A stretch of 64,000 nt of DNA from Nemertoderma westbladi (Eukaryota > Animalia > Xenacoelomorpha): assembly GCA_032718475.1 (NCBI GenBank), contig JAUCBJ010007040.1:61638-125637 (forward strand), read 5' to 3'. The notes beneath the pieces were generated by a model that was not told the origin of the DNA, ran no database searches, and was given only the letters and a program-made list of their open reading frames with translations. Below are positions 63,201-64,000 of this stretch, in pieces. Made by a program: the position numbers and the translations under genes. How positions within the stretch are numbered: position 1 is the stretch's first letter; each line of letters starts with the position of its first letter.

Positions 63201-63650
63201 ATAAACGGGGACGACAAACCCCAAAGGGCCGTACACAATGGGGGTCAGAGGTTACACCTTCCGGGAGAGGGAAAGTGACAGTAGCGGGGGGGAAACACTC
63301 CCAGAGAGATGGGAGGCGAGAATTAGGTTACTAGCCAATGGGGGCAAGCATCGGCTGAGTGATAGGGCCAATGTAAGGTGATTAGATATATATTACCGGT
63401 CGGTGCCCATAACATTCAGTAGTTTGCTCAGTCACATTATTGTTTGCAGAACGGTGACACTTTAAGACCATCACCGCCGTCACCAATACACATTATGATT
63501 ACCGGTATACTGTGCTGTCATTACTCTGTCTATTTTATATACCTATATCTTATCAATAATACTGGAAGAACGACAAACTCTTTTCTTTCATTCGCACGGC
63601 GGGGACGCGTATATAAACCAAACTGGTCGGGATCCTCTGATCCCGTCACA
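57295..63650 (+). mobile_element. Two-LTR non-autonomous BEL/Pao-family element (LTRs 57295-57855 and 63093-63650), followed in tandem by another internal region running to the window end
   Basis: TG...CA LTRs; polypurine tract GGGGGGGAG directly before 63093; ORFs 58114-58896 and 58965-60227 match the N-terminal extension; Gag core, protease and pol absent. Confidence 0.8.
60570..61900. repeat. Cluster of purine-rich mini/microsatellites inside the LTR element (AGAGTTAGT-type, 45-bp, 37-bp and ~50-bp units)
   Basis: ggtgtaggag at 60941, 60986, 61031; tgccaggtagtagag at 61147, 61184, 61221, 61258. Confidence 0.9.
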
Positions 63651-64000
63651 GTCTTAAAGTCTAAGAACTGCCAAATTGTGACTGCCAGCCACCAGAGAAG
63701 ACAGAGTAAAGATGAGTCAAGAGGGAGAAAGGACACTGCCGCGGACCCCGGACAACAACCTAACGATCCGCGAGGCCGTGGCGAGACGGTATTGACCACG
63801 AGGCCGGATTTGTAGACTACAGACGATCCGGCAATCCAAGCGGAGGGGGGGCCGTCTACAACGAGGACGAGAAGACGAGTCGACACGCGGCGGCGGTCGA
63901 GTTACTGATGTCGCCGGCCAGCCACAGGCCGAGGGCGACGGATGGCCCACCGGAACGGCGATGGTGGGGCCGCCGGTATGACGCCGAACACGGAGAGAAA

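Overview
Animal (probably invertebrate) genomic DNA, not prokaryotic. The + strand carries the middle of a gene built from 123-bp, phase-1/phase-1 calcium-binding EGF exons (17 intact, 1 decapitated; first and last exons are outside the window). The gene has grown by tandem duplication of a 9-14 kb block holding three EGF exons plus nested transposon debris: a Foldback/MULE-like element, a Gypsy integrase relic, BEL/Pao fragments and LTRs, a Crypton tyrosine-recombinase element and a Helentron/DINE-like element. Copy-specific LINE and LTR insertions were added later. The standout is a 6.8-kb array of about 18.5 near-identical 369-bp units (10771-17606). Each unit carries a type I hammerhead ribozyme (CTGATGA...GAAAC-CTAG-GTA) nested between the A and B boxes of a tRNA-like Pol III cassette, i.e. 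a non-LTR retrozyme-like array. It lies sense-strand inside an intron of the EGF gene and has removed the 5' end of one exon. All assignments are by eye; no searches or folding programs were run.
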